From contig CAWEEQ010000004.1 in NCBI GenBank assembly GCA_963808235.1, forward strand, positions 896,001-960,000: a stretch of DNA of 64,000 nucleotides, read 5' to 3'. Positions within the stretch are counted from its first letter, which is position 1. Each line of letters begins with the position of its first letter. The position numbers and the translations under genes are program-made. Below are positions 19,783 to 27,860 of this stretch, one piece after another. The notes beneath the pieces are model-generated. The model saw only the letters and a list, made by a program, of their open reading frames with translations, searched no databases and had not been told where the DNA came from. The DNA comes from an uncultured delta proteobacterium (GTDB taxonomy: Bacteria > Desulfobacterota > Binatia > Binatales > Binataceae).

Positions 19783-20850
19783 ATGCGCCGTGTCGGTACT
19801 ATTCATCGCAACGGGACACCCGCCCAGCACTCCACCGACTCGCAATCCGATGAATCCGACTACGCTGGCGTGATTCTAGCCGGAGGCGATGGAATCCGGC
19901 TCAGCTCCTTCACCCGAAAGATTTTTGGCTACCACGTTCCGAAACAGTTTTGTCCGCTGTTCGAAGGGGAGACCCTGCTCGAACTGACTATGCGAAGAGT
20001 TTCGCTGGTCGTTCCACCCGAGCGAACGATTACGGTGCTGAACCGTGCACATGAGCGGTTTTACTCCCCGATTCTTGGCGCGAGCGCGTCGCCCACGCTC
20101 CTCATCGAGCCGGAGAATCGTGGAACGGGAGCCGCCGTCCTCTGCGCTTTGCTTCGCACGGTCGCTCAGGGACACGCGGGTCCGGTGGCGATCTTCGCGT
20201 CGGATCACTACGTCAGCGACGATTCCTTATTCGTGCGCCACGTCTCCGCCGCTTTCCGCGCCGTTGAGCTCGCACCACGGCTGGCTGTCTTGCTGGGAAT
20301 TAGCCCTGAGGGACCGGAAACTGAATACGGCTGGATCGAGCCCGGCGTCCCGGTCGCGCGCACGCATCCAGCGCTCGGACAAATCAATCAAATTCGTCGT
20401 TTCTGGGAAAAGCCGTCGTCCGACGTCGCGCAGGAGCTATACAGCCGCGGCTGCCTTTGGAACACCTCTATTCTGATCGGAAACGCGATGACTCTGCTGT
20501 CGCTGACAGCGGGCGCGTTGCCCGAGATGTACCACGAATTCACCCGGCATGGGTCTTTTCCTGATAGCGCGTCTGAAGAAGAAAAGCTGGGACCGATCTT
20601 CCGGCATATACCGTCGGTGGATTTCTCCAAAAGCGTGCTGGCCGAATTTCCGGAGCAATTCTCGGTGTTGCCCGTGACCGGAATCACCTGGAGCGATCTG
20701 GGCGATGCCAGGCGCTTGCTCGCGGCCATCTCGCGCAATGGCGCGCACATTTCGGGAGGAAATCATAATGTCTTCAAGGGCCGATCTTTTACGGCCCCGG
20801 GCCCTCAACAACAGATCAGACGATACAAGGCTTCGCTGGATCGGCGGTGA
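19783..20850 (+). CDS. sugar-phosphate nucleotidyltransferase (mannose-1-P guanylyltransferase-like)
   Basis: ILAGGDGIRL, PKQF, EPENRGT, SDH, EYGWIEP, FWEKP, WSDLG; ATG 19783 follows GGGAGAG. Confidence 0.85.
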   Translation: MRRVGTIHRNGTPAQHSTDSQSDESDYAGVILAGGDGIRLSSFTRKIFGYHVPKQFCPLFEGETLLELTMRRVSLVVPPERTITVLNRAHERFYSPILGASASPTLLIEPENRGTGAAVLCALLRTVAQGHAGPVAIFASDHYVSDDSLFVRHVSAAFRAVELAPRLAVLLGISPEGPETEYGWIEPGVPVARTHPALGQINQIRRFWEKPSSDVAQELYSRGCLWNTSILIGNAMTLLSLTAGALPEMYHEFTRHGSFPDSASEEEKLGPIFRHIPSVDFSKSVLAEFPEQFSVLPVTGITWSDLGDARRLLAAISRNGAHISGGNHNVFKGRSFTAPGPQQQIRRYKASLDRR

Positions 20851-20905
20851 CAGTTAACAGTTGACAGTTGCCGAAGCCTGATCGTTAACGCGGGAGAGAG
20901 TTAAA

Positions 20906-22024
20906 TTGGATACCAACGGAGATTTCGGAGGATCGAGGCATCGGCGCTTGCGTATCGCGCAAATCGCGCCATTGTATGAGAGCGTGCCGCCAAGGTTGTA
21001 CGGTGGCACCGAGCGCGTCGTTTCTTACATCACGGAAGAACTTGTACGACGGGGTCATGATGTCACCCTGTTCGCGGCCGGCGATTCGGATACACGGGCG
21101 AATCTCGTGCCCGGATGCGCGGAGGCTCTGCGTCTTCAGGGCAAGCCGGACCTCGGTTCGTCTTTGCAACTGGCGATGCTGACGGAAGTTTTCGAAACGG
21201 CTCGCGACAACTTCGACATCGTGCATTCCCATATCGATTACTGGTCATTTCCGTTTGCCAGGCTGACCAGAGTGCCTACCGTTACGACGATGCATGGACG
21301 GCTGGACATTCCCGATCTACATCCCGTGTACCATCGATTCCCCGAAGCTGCCGTGGTCTCAATCAGTGACTCGCAGCGCACGCCGCTTATGGGAATGAAT
21401 TGGGTTAGCACCGTAAATCACGGAATGCCGCCCGACCTTCTTCGCTTCAACGGGCGACGCGGCGATTATCTCGCTTTCATCGGACGGATATCGCCCGAAA
21501 AAGGTATCGACCGTGCCATCGAGGTCGCACTCAAGTCGGGAGTGCCGCTCAAGATTGCGGCCAAAGTCGACGCCGTTGACCGGGAGTACTTCGCCGCCGT
21601 GATCAAGCCGCGCATCAAGCCGCCGATGATCGAGTACATCGGAGAGATCGACGACGTGCAGAAAAGCGAGTTTCTCGGCGGTGCGCTCGCGTTGCTCTTC
21701 ACAATCGACTGGCCCGAGCCTTTCGGGCTGGCGATGATCGAAGCGCTCGCGTGCGGCACGCCAGTCATCGCGCGTCCGTGCGGATCGGTACCCGAAGTCA
21801 TCAGGCCGAATGTCACTGGATTTCTCGCCCGTGAAATTGACGAATTGGTGGCCGCGGTCGGCAGGATCGATTCTATTTCGCGGGAGCAATGCCGGCGCGA
21901 GTTCGAAGAGCGCTTCACTTCGGAAGTGATGATCGAAAAATACGAACGCGTCTACCATCGGCTGATCGGCGCGGACGCGGTCGAGACAGAATTCCAAACG
22001 CGGGAAGCGGCTGTCGGCCGATAG
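20906..22024 (+). CDS. glycosyltransferase family 4
   Basis: IAQIAPLYESVPPRLYGGTERV, GRISPEKG, WPEPFGLAMIEALACGTPV. Confidence 0.93.
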   Translation: MDTNGDFGGSRHRRLRIAQIAPLYESVPPRLYGGTERVVSYITEELVRRGHDVTLFAAGDSDTRANLVPGCAEALRLQGKPDLGSSLQLAMLTEVFETARDNFDIVHSHIDYWSFPFARLTRVPTVTTMHGRLDIPDLHPVYHRFPEAAVVSISDSQRTPLMGMNWVSTVNHGMPPDLLRFNGRRGDYLAFIGRISPEKGIDRAIEVALKSGVPLKIAAKVDAVDREYFAAVIKPRIKPPMIEYIGEIDDVQKSEFLGGALALLFTIDWPEPFGLAMIEALACGTPVIARPCGSVPEVIRPNVTGFLAREIDELVAAVGRIDSISREQCRREFEERFTSEVMIEKYERVYHRLIGADAVETEFQTREAAVGR

Positions 22025-22100
22025 ACAGCCGAAAGACTTTCGATGATACACTGCCGACCGGAGCGCCGGCGCCAATAATCGCGGCGCTCCGACCACCCAG

Positions 22101-24308
22101 ATGGCAGAACGCAGGCCTACCGCGGAGCCGGCGCAGACGGTCGTCAAAGTCGGCAACGACTATTACGTGCTGGCCTCATCGCTGGCGTCGCGCCGCGCGA
22201 GCCATGTGCTTGCGAACGGGCGAAGTTTCGCCGTCTTCGAGATGGATGCCGACATTGTAGACTCCCCGCTCGAGGCACTCGGGTTTTTCAACTCCGATAC
22301 GAGGCACCTTAGCCGCTTCGAGATGCTGATCGACGGAGCCGCGCCGCACTATCTGAACTCCTATCTGAGTGACGATCGCGCGCAGGTCAGGTCGATCCTG
22401 ACAAACGCCGACCTGGGCGAGCGGTACAGTCCGAACTGGCTGCCACGCGACTCGATCCGGGTGGATCGCGGATGGGTCCTCAACGGCGCGGCGCTGTACC
22501 ATCACCTTACGCTGCGAAGCTACTTCCGCGAGCCATTGGATATCGAAATCGATTTTTTCTACAGCGTCGATTTCGCCGACGTCTTTGAAGTACGCGGCCT
22601 TCGCCGCGCGCGTCGCGGACTCATGCTGAAGCCCCGGGTCGAAGGCAGCCGGGTCGAGCTTAGCTACCAGGGGCTCGACAACGCGACACGTTCGACCGAG
22701 GTTCGCTTTGATTGCGCCCCAAAATCAATCGACGCTCAGCGCGCCGTGTTCGCGATGCGCCTCGAGCCGGGCGAGAACCACAAGCTCGAATGCCGGATCA
22801 CCGCGGGTGGAACGTCGCACGCCGCCCGCACGACGCCTTACGCGAGCAACTTCAGGGCGGCGGTCGAAGAGCGGCAATCCGAGCTCTCGCGGTTTCACGA
22901 CGGATGGGCGCGCATCGATGCGAGCGACCGCGAGTTCTCTTCGATGATCCGGCGCGCAAAGGTAGATCTAACATCGATTGTGACGGACGCCAACGGCGGC
23001 GGCGCGTTCATCATGGCGGGCGTTCCCTGGTTCGCCACGCTTTTCGGACGCGACAGCATAATCACTGCGCTGTCGATCTTGCCTTTCCATCCGGAAATCG
23101 CGGCTCGAACTTTGCGCACGCTGGCGGCGTTTCAAGGTACGGCGGTCAACGAGGCGCGCGACGAGCAGCCCGGCAAAATAGTCCATGAGATCCGAAGCGG
23201 CGAGATGGCTGCCACGGGCGAAATTCCGTTCGGCCGATACTACGGCAGCGTGGACGCGACGCCGCTTTTTCTGTGGCTGTACGGGCGTTGCATCGATTCG
23301 ACCGGCGACCTCGAGCTTGCCAAAGAGCTCTGGCCGAACGTCGTGCGGGCTATCGAGTGGATCGAACGATGGGGCGATCGGGACGGCGACGGCTACGTCA
23401 AATATATGCGCGAGACTCCGCGCGGCCTCGACAACCAGGGCTGGAAGGATTCCGCTGACGCAATCTTTCATCACGACGGCGAGCTTGCGCGTCCGCCGAT
23501 CGCACTGGCCGAGGTGCAAGGCTACGTCTACGCGGCCTGCACGAGCGTGGCATCGGTCGCATCGCGTCTCGGACATGCTGAGTTCGCGGAGCGGCTGCTC
23601 ACCCGCGCCGCGGCGCTCAAGCAATCTTTCGAGCGTGACTTCTGGCTCGAGCGCGAGGGAATGATTGCGCTGGCGCTGGACGCGGGAGGTCGTCCGTGCC
23701 GCGTGATGGCGTCCAATGGGGCACATTGTCTCGCGACCGGGCTGATTGACGGCGAGCGCGCCGCAGCGATGTGCAAGCGGCTTCTGGCTGACGATATGTA
23801 TTCCGGATGGGGCATTCGCACGCTGTCGCGCAATGAACAGCGGTACAATCCGATGAGCTACCACAACGGCTCGGTGTGGCCGCATGACAACGCGATGGCG
23901 GCGCTGGGGCTCGCGCGCGCCGGCGATCACGCGGGCGTCGTCACGGTACTCGAAGGCCTGTTCGACGCATGCGGCCAGCTCAATCTTTCGAGTCTGCCCG
24001 AACTGTTCTGCGGCTTCCGGCGCGAGATGACTCTCGGCCCGGTGCCATATCCAGTCGCGTGTTTTCCGCAGGCGTGGTCGGCGGCCAGCGTCTTCATGAT
24101 CCTGCAGGCGATGCTTGGGATGCGCGTGCTTGGATTCGAGCGCCGCGTCGTCTTCGACATTCACCTGGTTCCATCGTGGCTGGATTGGCTCACCGTCGAA
24201 GGGCTGAAGGTGGGCGCAGGCCGCATCTCGTTCGTGCTGCGACGATCCCCCAACGGCGCCGCGATCGAAGTGAAAGAGGAGTCGGGCGGCATTCGCGTCG
24301 AGGTCTGA
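22101..24308 (+). CDS. amylo-alpha-1,6-glucosidase (GDE family)
   Basis: AGVPWFATLFGRD, DEQPGKIVHE, YYGSVDATPL, NQGWKDS, YHNGSVWPHDN, LPELFCG, PQAWSAAS. Confidence 0.93.
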   Translation: MAERRPTAEPAQTVVKVGNDYYVLASSLASRRASHVLANGRSFAVFEMDADIVDSPLEALGFFNSDTRHLSRFEMLIDGAAPHYLNSYLSDDRAQVRSILTNADLGERYSPNWLPRDSIRVDRGWVLNGAALYHHLTLRSYFREPLDIEIDFFYSVDFADVFEVRGLRRARRGLMLKPRVEGSRVELSYQGLDNATRSTEVRFDCAPKSIDAQRAVFAMRLEPGENHKLECRITAGGTSHAARTTPYASNFRAAVEERQSELSRFHDGWARIDASDREFSSMIRRAKVDLTSIVTDANGGGAFIMAGVPWFATLFGRDSIITALSILPFHPEIAARTLRTLAAFQGTAVNEARDEQPGKIVHEIRSGEMAATGEIPFGRYYGSVDATPLFLWLYGRCIDSTGDLELAKELWPNVVRAIEWIERWGDRDGDGYVKYMRETPRGLDNQGWKDSADAIFHHDGELARPPIALAEVQGYVYAACTSVASVASRLGHAEFAERLLTRAAALKQSFERDFWLEREGMIALALDAGGRPCRVMASNGAHCLATGLIDGERAAAMCKRLLADDMYSGWGIRTLSRNEQRYNPMSYHNGSVWPHDNAMAALGLARAGDHAGVVTVLEGLFDACGQLNLSSLPELFCGFRREMTLGPVPYPVACFPQAWSAASVFMILQAMLGMRVLGFERRVVFDIHLVPSWLDWLTVEGLKVGAGRISFVLRRSPNGAAIEVKEESGGIRVEV

Positions 24309-24564
24309 CGAGCGATCGCGGCCGGCGGCAGGGATTTTTCGAAATTCGGCTGCATTGCCATTACTTGCCATCGTGGCGAATCCGACGCCTAGTTGGCGGG
24401 CCGGAATTGCGGCTGATTTTCCGAAAACCACGCCATTTGGTTGGATTCCTGCACCGAATAGTTCACGCCACACGTTGAATACTCGAGCGAAAATGATTCC
24501 GAGCGCAGCTTGCCAAAATGCCGGGTAGCGTCGTGGTGCGGTTGGACTGGCCCTGACAGATGTT

Positions 24565-24583
24565 TCTTGCAGGCGCACGAAGC
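24565..24583. repeat. left 19-bp inverted repeat bounding the Rhs orphan cassette
   Basis: TCTTGCAGGCGCACGAAGC is the reverse complement (18/19) of 27081-27099. Confidence 0.85.
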
Positions 24584-24658
24584 CATCATCCTACGCGCGT
24601 GTGGTTTGGGTAAGGCTGAACAGTTCATCCCTGAACTTTGGTGGCGATCCGGAAGATT
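24582..24658. repeat. 77-bp direct repeat, copy 1
   Basis: gccatcatcctacgcgcGtgtggtttgggtaaggctgaacagttcatccctgaactttggtggcgatccggaagatt; 76/77 identical to 27004-27080. Confidence 0.97.
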
Positions 24659-24765
24659 ATCGTTGCTAATGGCTGGCGGGGACGCAGCGGACCCACTTTG
24701 TCATCGACCACGTGCGCCCCGGTGCGAGCGGTCGCTGAGCGCGCGTGATCGCCTCAGGAAACGGG

Positions 24766-25140
24766 TCACATTCCAGAACTGAGAGCGAAGACGAGATCGA
24801 TTACAGCGCCAATCAGAAATACTGAACCGAAAATGATATATGCCCACCTATACAAAGGAAGCGCATCGGAAGTGTCCTTACGGAAAAACCACTTGTTTGG
24901 TCGGGCCGCCGAGCGTGCAGCGTCCTCGTTGCGAACCACGCAGAGCAATCCGAAGGCAGCTGCAAATAAGTCCCTGACTACTCTGAACCTCACTGGTCCT
25001 AAGTAGTGCCGACCAGGAATGAAGATGAGGACAGCAATTAGTATCGCCCCTGCCGAAATGTAGGGGGATATCCGCCCGACCTCCGCAGACTCGTTATGCG
25101 ATTTGCGAGGGGAAAACTGGGACCACCAGCTGCTTTTCAT
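24766..25140 (-). CDS. small three-TM membrane protein, candidate immunity protein of the orphan Rhs-CT
   Basis: Three hydrophobic segments; lies downstream of the orphan Rhs on the same strand; start uncertain. Confidence 0.5.
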   Translation of the reverse strand: MKSSWWSQFSPRKSHNESAEVGRISPYISAGAILIAVLIFIPGRHYLGPVRFRVVRDLFAAAFGLLCVVRNEDAARSAARPNKWFFRKDTSDALPLYRWAYIIFGSVFLIGAVIDLVFALSSGM

Positions 25141-25384
25141 CTGATACCTGCGTTACTAGCGATTTTCCCATTGTTTTATTGACCGTGCGATTCACTGCAA
25201 AGCCATGGCGAACGTAGCCGATTCCATCTGTAAAAAAGACTATCGCGTCGTCGGGATCGAACTGGAACAATCGACACCTTATACATTGCGCCATTCGAGC
25301 GCTTGGCTCGCAACACCCTCGTTGCGAATCGCGGACGCGGGTCCGACCGAAGCGCAGACCGTTCTATGAAAACCATAAACATCA

Positions 25385-27006
25385 CTAATAGTTGAACGGT
25401 CCAAAAACGTAGTAACCGGTCAATGATAAACCCGCGGGGAGTCCGGTGCCGACTTCCCAGAAGAATCCAGATCCGAAGGCAATACCAACTTGTCCTGCTA
25501 CTCCTTGCGCAACACCCTGCAATCCGACTTGCCAGCCATGCGTTACACTATCGCCCAATGTCAGAGAGCCGCTGGCGCCAGGCGGGTAAACAAACGCGCC
25601 TCCAAGGTACGGATAATAGCCAGAGCTCGTAAGTTGAACGCCGCCCGTGACGCCTAAATAAAGGAGAGCCGGGCCAAACCCAATAGTGACATTAGCATCG
25701 GCGTAACTATCGCCCGCGAGCATCGCGAGCTGCTCGCCCATGCCAGGCGAGACCGCGTCCAGCTCGCCGATCATGACCGCAGTTGCGTCCGGATTGCCCC
25801 CCAATGCTACTCCGGCTACTCCGCCGGGTAAGCCCCACCAACCCGAACCCCAATTTGGTAATCCAATCGATGGTACGCCTCCCACCACAAAAGCACCGGT
25901 GGGATCGGTTCCGTTGAGTGGCGAATTGCCTGCGTAGGCATAAAGGGCTAAGTAGCTTCCGCCCGACAAGCCCAGGGGGTCGCGCGAAAGGAACCGAAGA
26001 TAATAGAAAGTGTCCAAGTAGCGCGAGCGGTTGTAATAGAGCGTGCCGCCGGTGTTGTCCACCACTTCCCGACCCGCAAATTGATAAGGATTGTCGTTGA
26101 TGGGGCCGCTGGGCACTGTGTATCCAAATGCTGAATAACTATAGCGGGTCTGTATGGCGCCGCTGGAATCGGTCAAGGCAACTGTTGAGCCGAGCGCATC
26201 GGTCAGGAAGTACATCGTGACTCCGCCGCTGGTTCGCGCAAAATGATCGTCCACGGCGAGCCCGTTGAGCACATCGGCCCAGCTCCCGGACGTATTCTGC
26301 TCCTGCGCCACATTCGATCCATCGTACAAAAAGTTCGTCACGTGTGAGTTACTGCCAGTATAATTCTCGGTCACTCTTCTCCCAAACGGATCGTATACAA
26401 ACGTTTCGCTTGACGTCTGTCCTGAATTCAGGTTCTGGTTCTCCGCCAGCTGGTTCCTACTGTTGTAGGTGAAAACCAAGCCCGAAGCTCCCGACGTCAT
26501 GTCCCCGGCGCTGTTCGCGCCGGTGCCATTAATAGATCCATCTTTGCCGTAAGTATAGCTACCGGCCTGATTACCAGGCGGTACGTACGCTGATACGGTC
26601 GAGGCAAGACTGCCTGTAATCTCTATCCGCCTGCCATCCGCGTCGTAGTCGTAGCCCAAGTTACCCAGTTGATTGAGGCCCTTGGAATAGACGATCGTGG
26701 TCACCCGGGAGTCTGCGTCGAAGCCATAGGCCTCATTGACTCCATTGGCGTAACTGACTGAGGTGCGGTGGTTATCCGAGTCATATTGCAGCTGCACTGT
26801 GCCGGTGTCCGATCGCGACACGCTGGTGAGATTGGTGTCAAGGTCGTAATTGTAGGTGACTTGCGCCTGCGAGCCGGCGCGCATCGTTTGACGCCGTTTG
26901 TCGGTGTCATAAGTGTAGGTAACCGTTCCCGCGGCGCCTTGCTGTTCGGTGAGAACCTGGTCGAGATTGTTGTAGGTCCGAGCGGTCGTGGTATTGACAT
27001 TCTGCC
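25385..27006 (-). pseudogene. orphan (5'-truncated) Rhs core plus C-terminal toxin domain
   Basis: Frame open from the repeat edge (NTTTARTYNNLDQVLTE...TMRAGSQAQ; first ATG 26884). YD repeats, FLTDALGST, PYQFAGRE, canonical SRDPLG...YAGNSPLNGTDPTG, then a Gly/aromatic-rich CT. Confidence 0.88.
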
Positions 27007-27080
27007 ATCATCCTACGCGCCTGTGGTTTGGGTAAGGCTGAACAGTTCATCCCTGAACTTTGGTGGCGATCCGGAAGATT
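27004..27080. repeat. 77-bp direct repeat, copy 2
   Basis: 76/77 identical to 24582-24658. Confidence 0.97.
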
Positions 27081-27099
27081 GCTTCGTGCGTCTGCAAGA
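27081..27099. repeat. right 19-bp inverted repeat bounding the Rhs orphan cassette
   Basis: GCTTCGTGCGTCTGCAAGA pairs with 24565-24583. Confidence 0.85.
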
Positions 27100-27104
27100 G
27101 CTGC

Positions 27105-27860
27105 TTACTTCCCGAGCTTGGAGCACTCCGTCCACGAGCCGTAATGCTCCGGATGCACCCAGTCTCGGCACATCCTCGGCGCGTTCCCATGCAGCACCTT
27201 TTCACAGCTTAGCCCGCTCTTGTATGGAGTCAGGAATCCAGTTTGTTCCGCTTGAGCGGTTGTAGCGGTCGGATCCCGTCGCACGGATACCGCAAGAATG
27301 ATGAAAGCAGGATTGCCATTCTTATCGAGTGACATATCACGAAAATCGAGAGTCAGTTCAAGGTTACGTAGCCGAAAGTGGCGCAGCGCCCCATACTCCG
27401 GGTATCGTCCGCACGCGCCGATCAGGTCACGAAAATTTATGACCCGTCCGCGCGAGAACCAATAGGGTGACTCATCTTCAGAAAGGAGACTGTTCTCTAT
27501 TTCGTGACTGTTACCTTTCGTAAGTCCGCAAGCGAACTGTCCAACATAGTTCGTGTCTTTGGTGCCGCCGAAGATCGAAGGGTTCCCCAGGAATCCGTTA
27601 CTTCCGCCGACGCAAATGAGGCTGTACTGAGTAATACCATGAACGTCGAGCAGCGGCAGGGTAAAGAAAATTCCATTGGCCGAGGTGTCGATTCCGACCT
27701 TCGCGGTAAACTCCGCGATGATCGGCCATTGTTGTTCCGCGCAATGGCCGAGACTTGGCTTGCAGAAGGCAAATATCAGTAAGAAGACGACGATAACTCT
27801 GGACCTCATTTCGGTCCGAACCTCATATGCCGGAAACTCCATAAGTACTCTGTTCGACAT
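27105..27860 (-). CDS. exported hypothetical protein, candidate Rhs immunity protein
   Basis: Directly follows the Rhs stop (TAAATG); signal-peptide-like MRSRVIVVFLLIFAFC from alternative start 27809; several Cys. Confidence 0.7.
   Translation of the reverse strand: MSNRVLMEFPAYEVRTEMRSRVIVVFLLIFAFCKPSLGHCAEQQWPIIAEFTAKVGIDTSANGIFFTLPLLDVHGITQYSLICVGGSNGFLGNPSIFGGTKDTNYVGQFACGLTKGNSHEIENSLLSEDESPYWFSRGRVINFRDLIGACGRYPEYGALRHFRLRNLELTLDFRDMSLDKNGNPAFIILAVSVRRDPTATTAQAEQTGFLTPYKSGLSCEKVLHGNAPRMCRDWVHPEHYGSWTECSKLGK

Noticed and set aside
22968-24578. 536-aa reverse ORF, and other long antisense ORFs (18264-19484, 41363-42385, 43574-44572)
   Set aside because: Shadow frames opposite well-supported genes in GC-rich DNA, with no recognisable motifs.
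25094-25385. Short ORFs (66 and 69 aa) between the orphan CT and the membrane protein
   Set aside because: No motifs and mutually overlapping; cannot be supported as genes, though a degraded immunity gene is not excluded.
24582-27080. 77-bp repeats as a CRISPR array, integron attC sites or dif sites
   Set aside because: Only two copies, 2.4 kb apart; no cas or intI gene, no RYYYAAC/GTTRRRY ends, and no XerCD dif consensus seen.
24550-27110. Autonomous insertion sequence
   Set aside because: No transposase ORF inside and no target-site duplication visible outside the inverted repeats.
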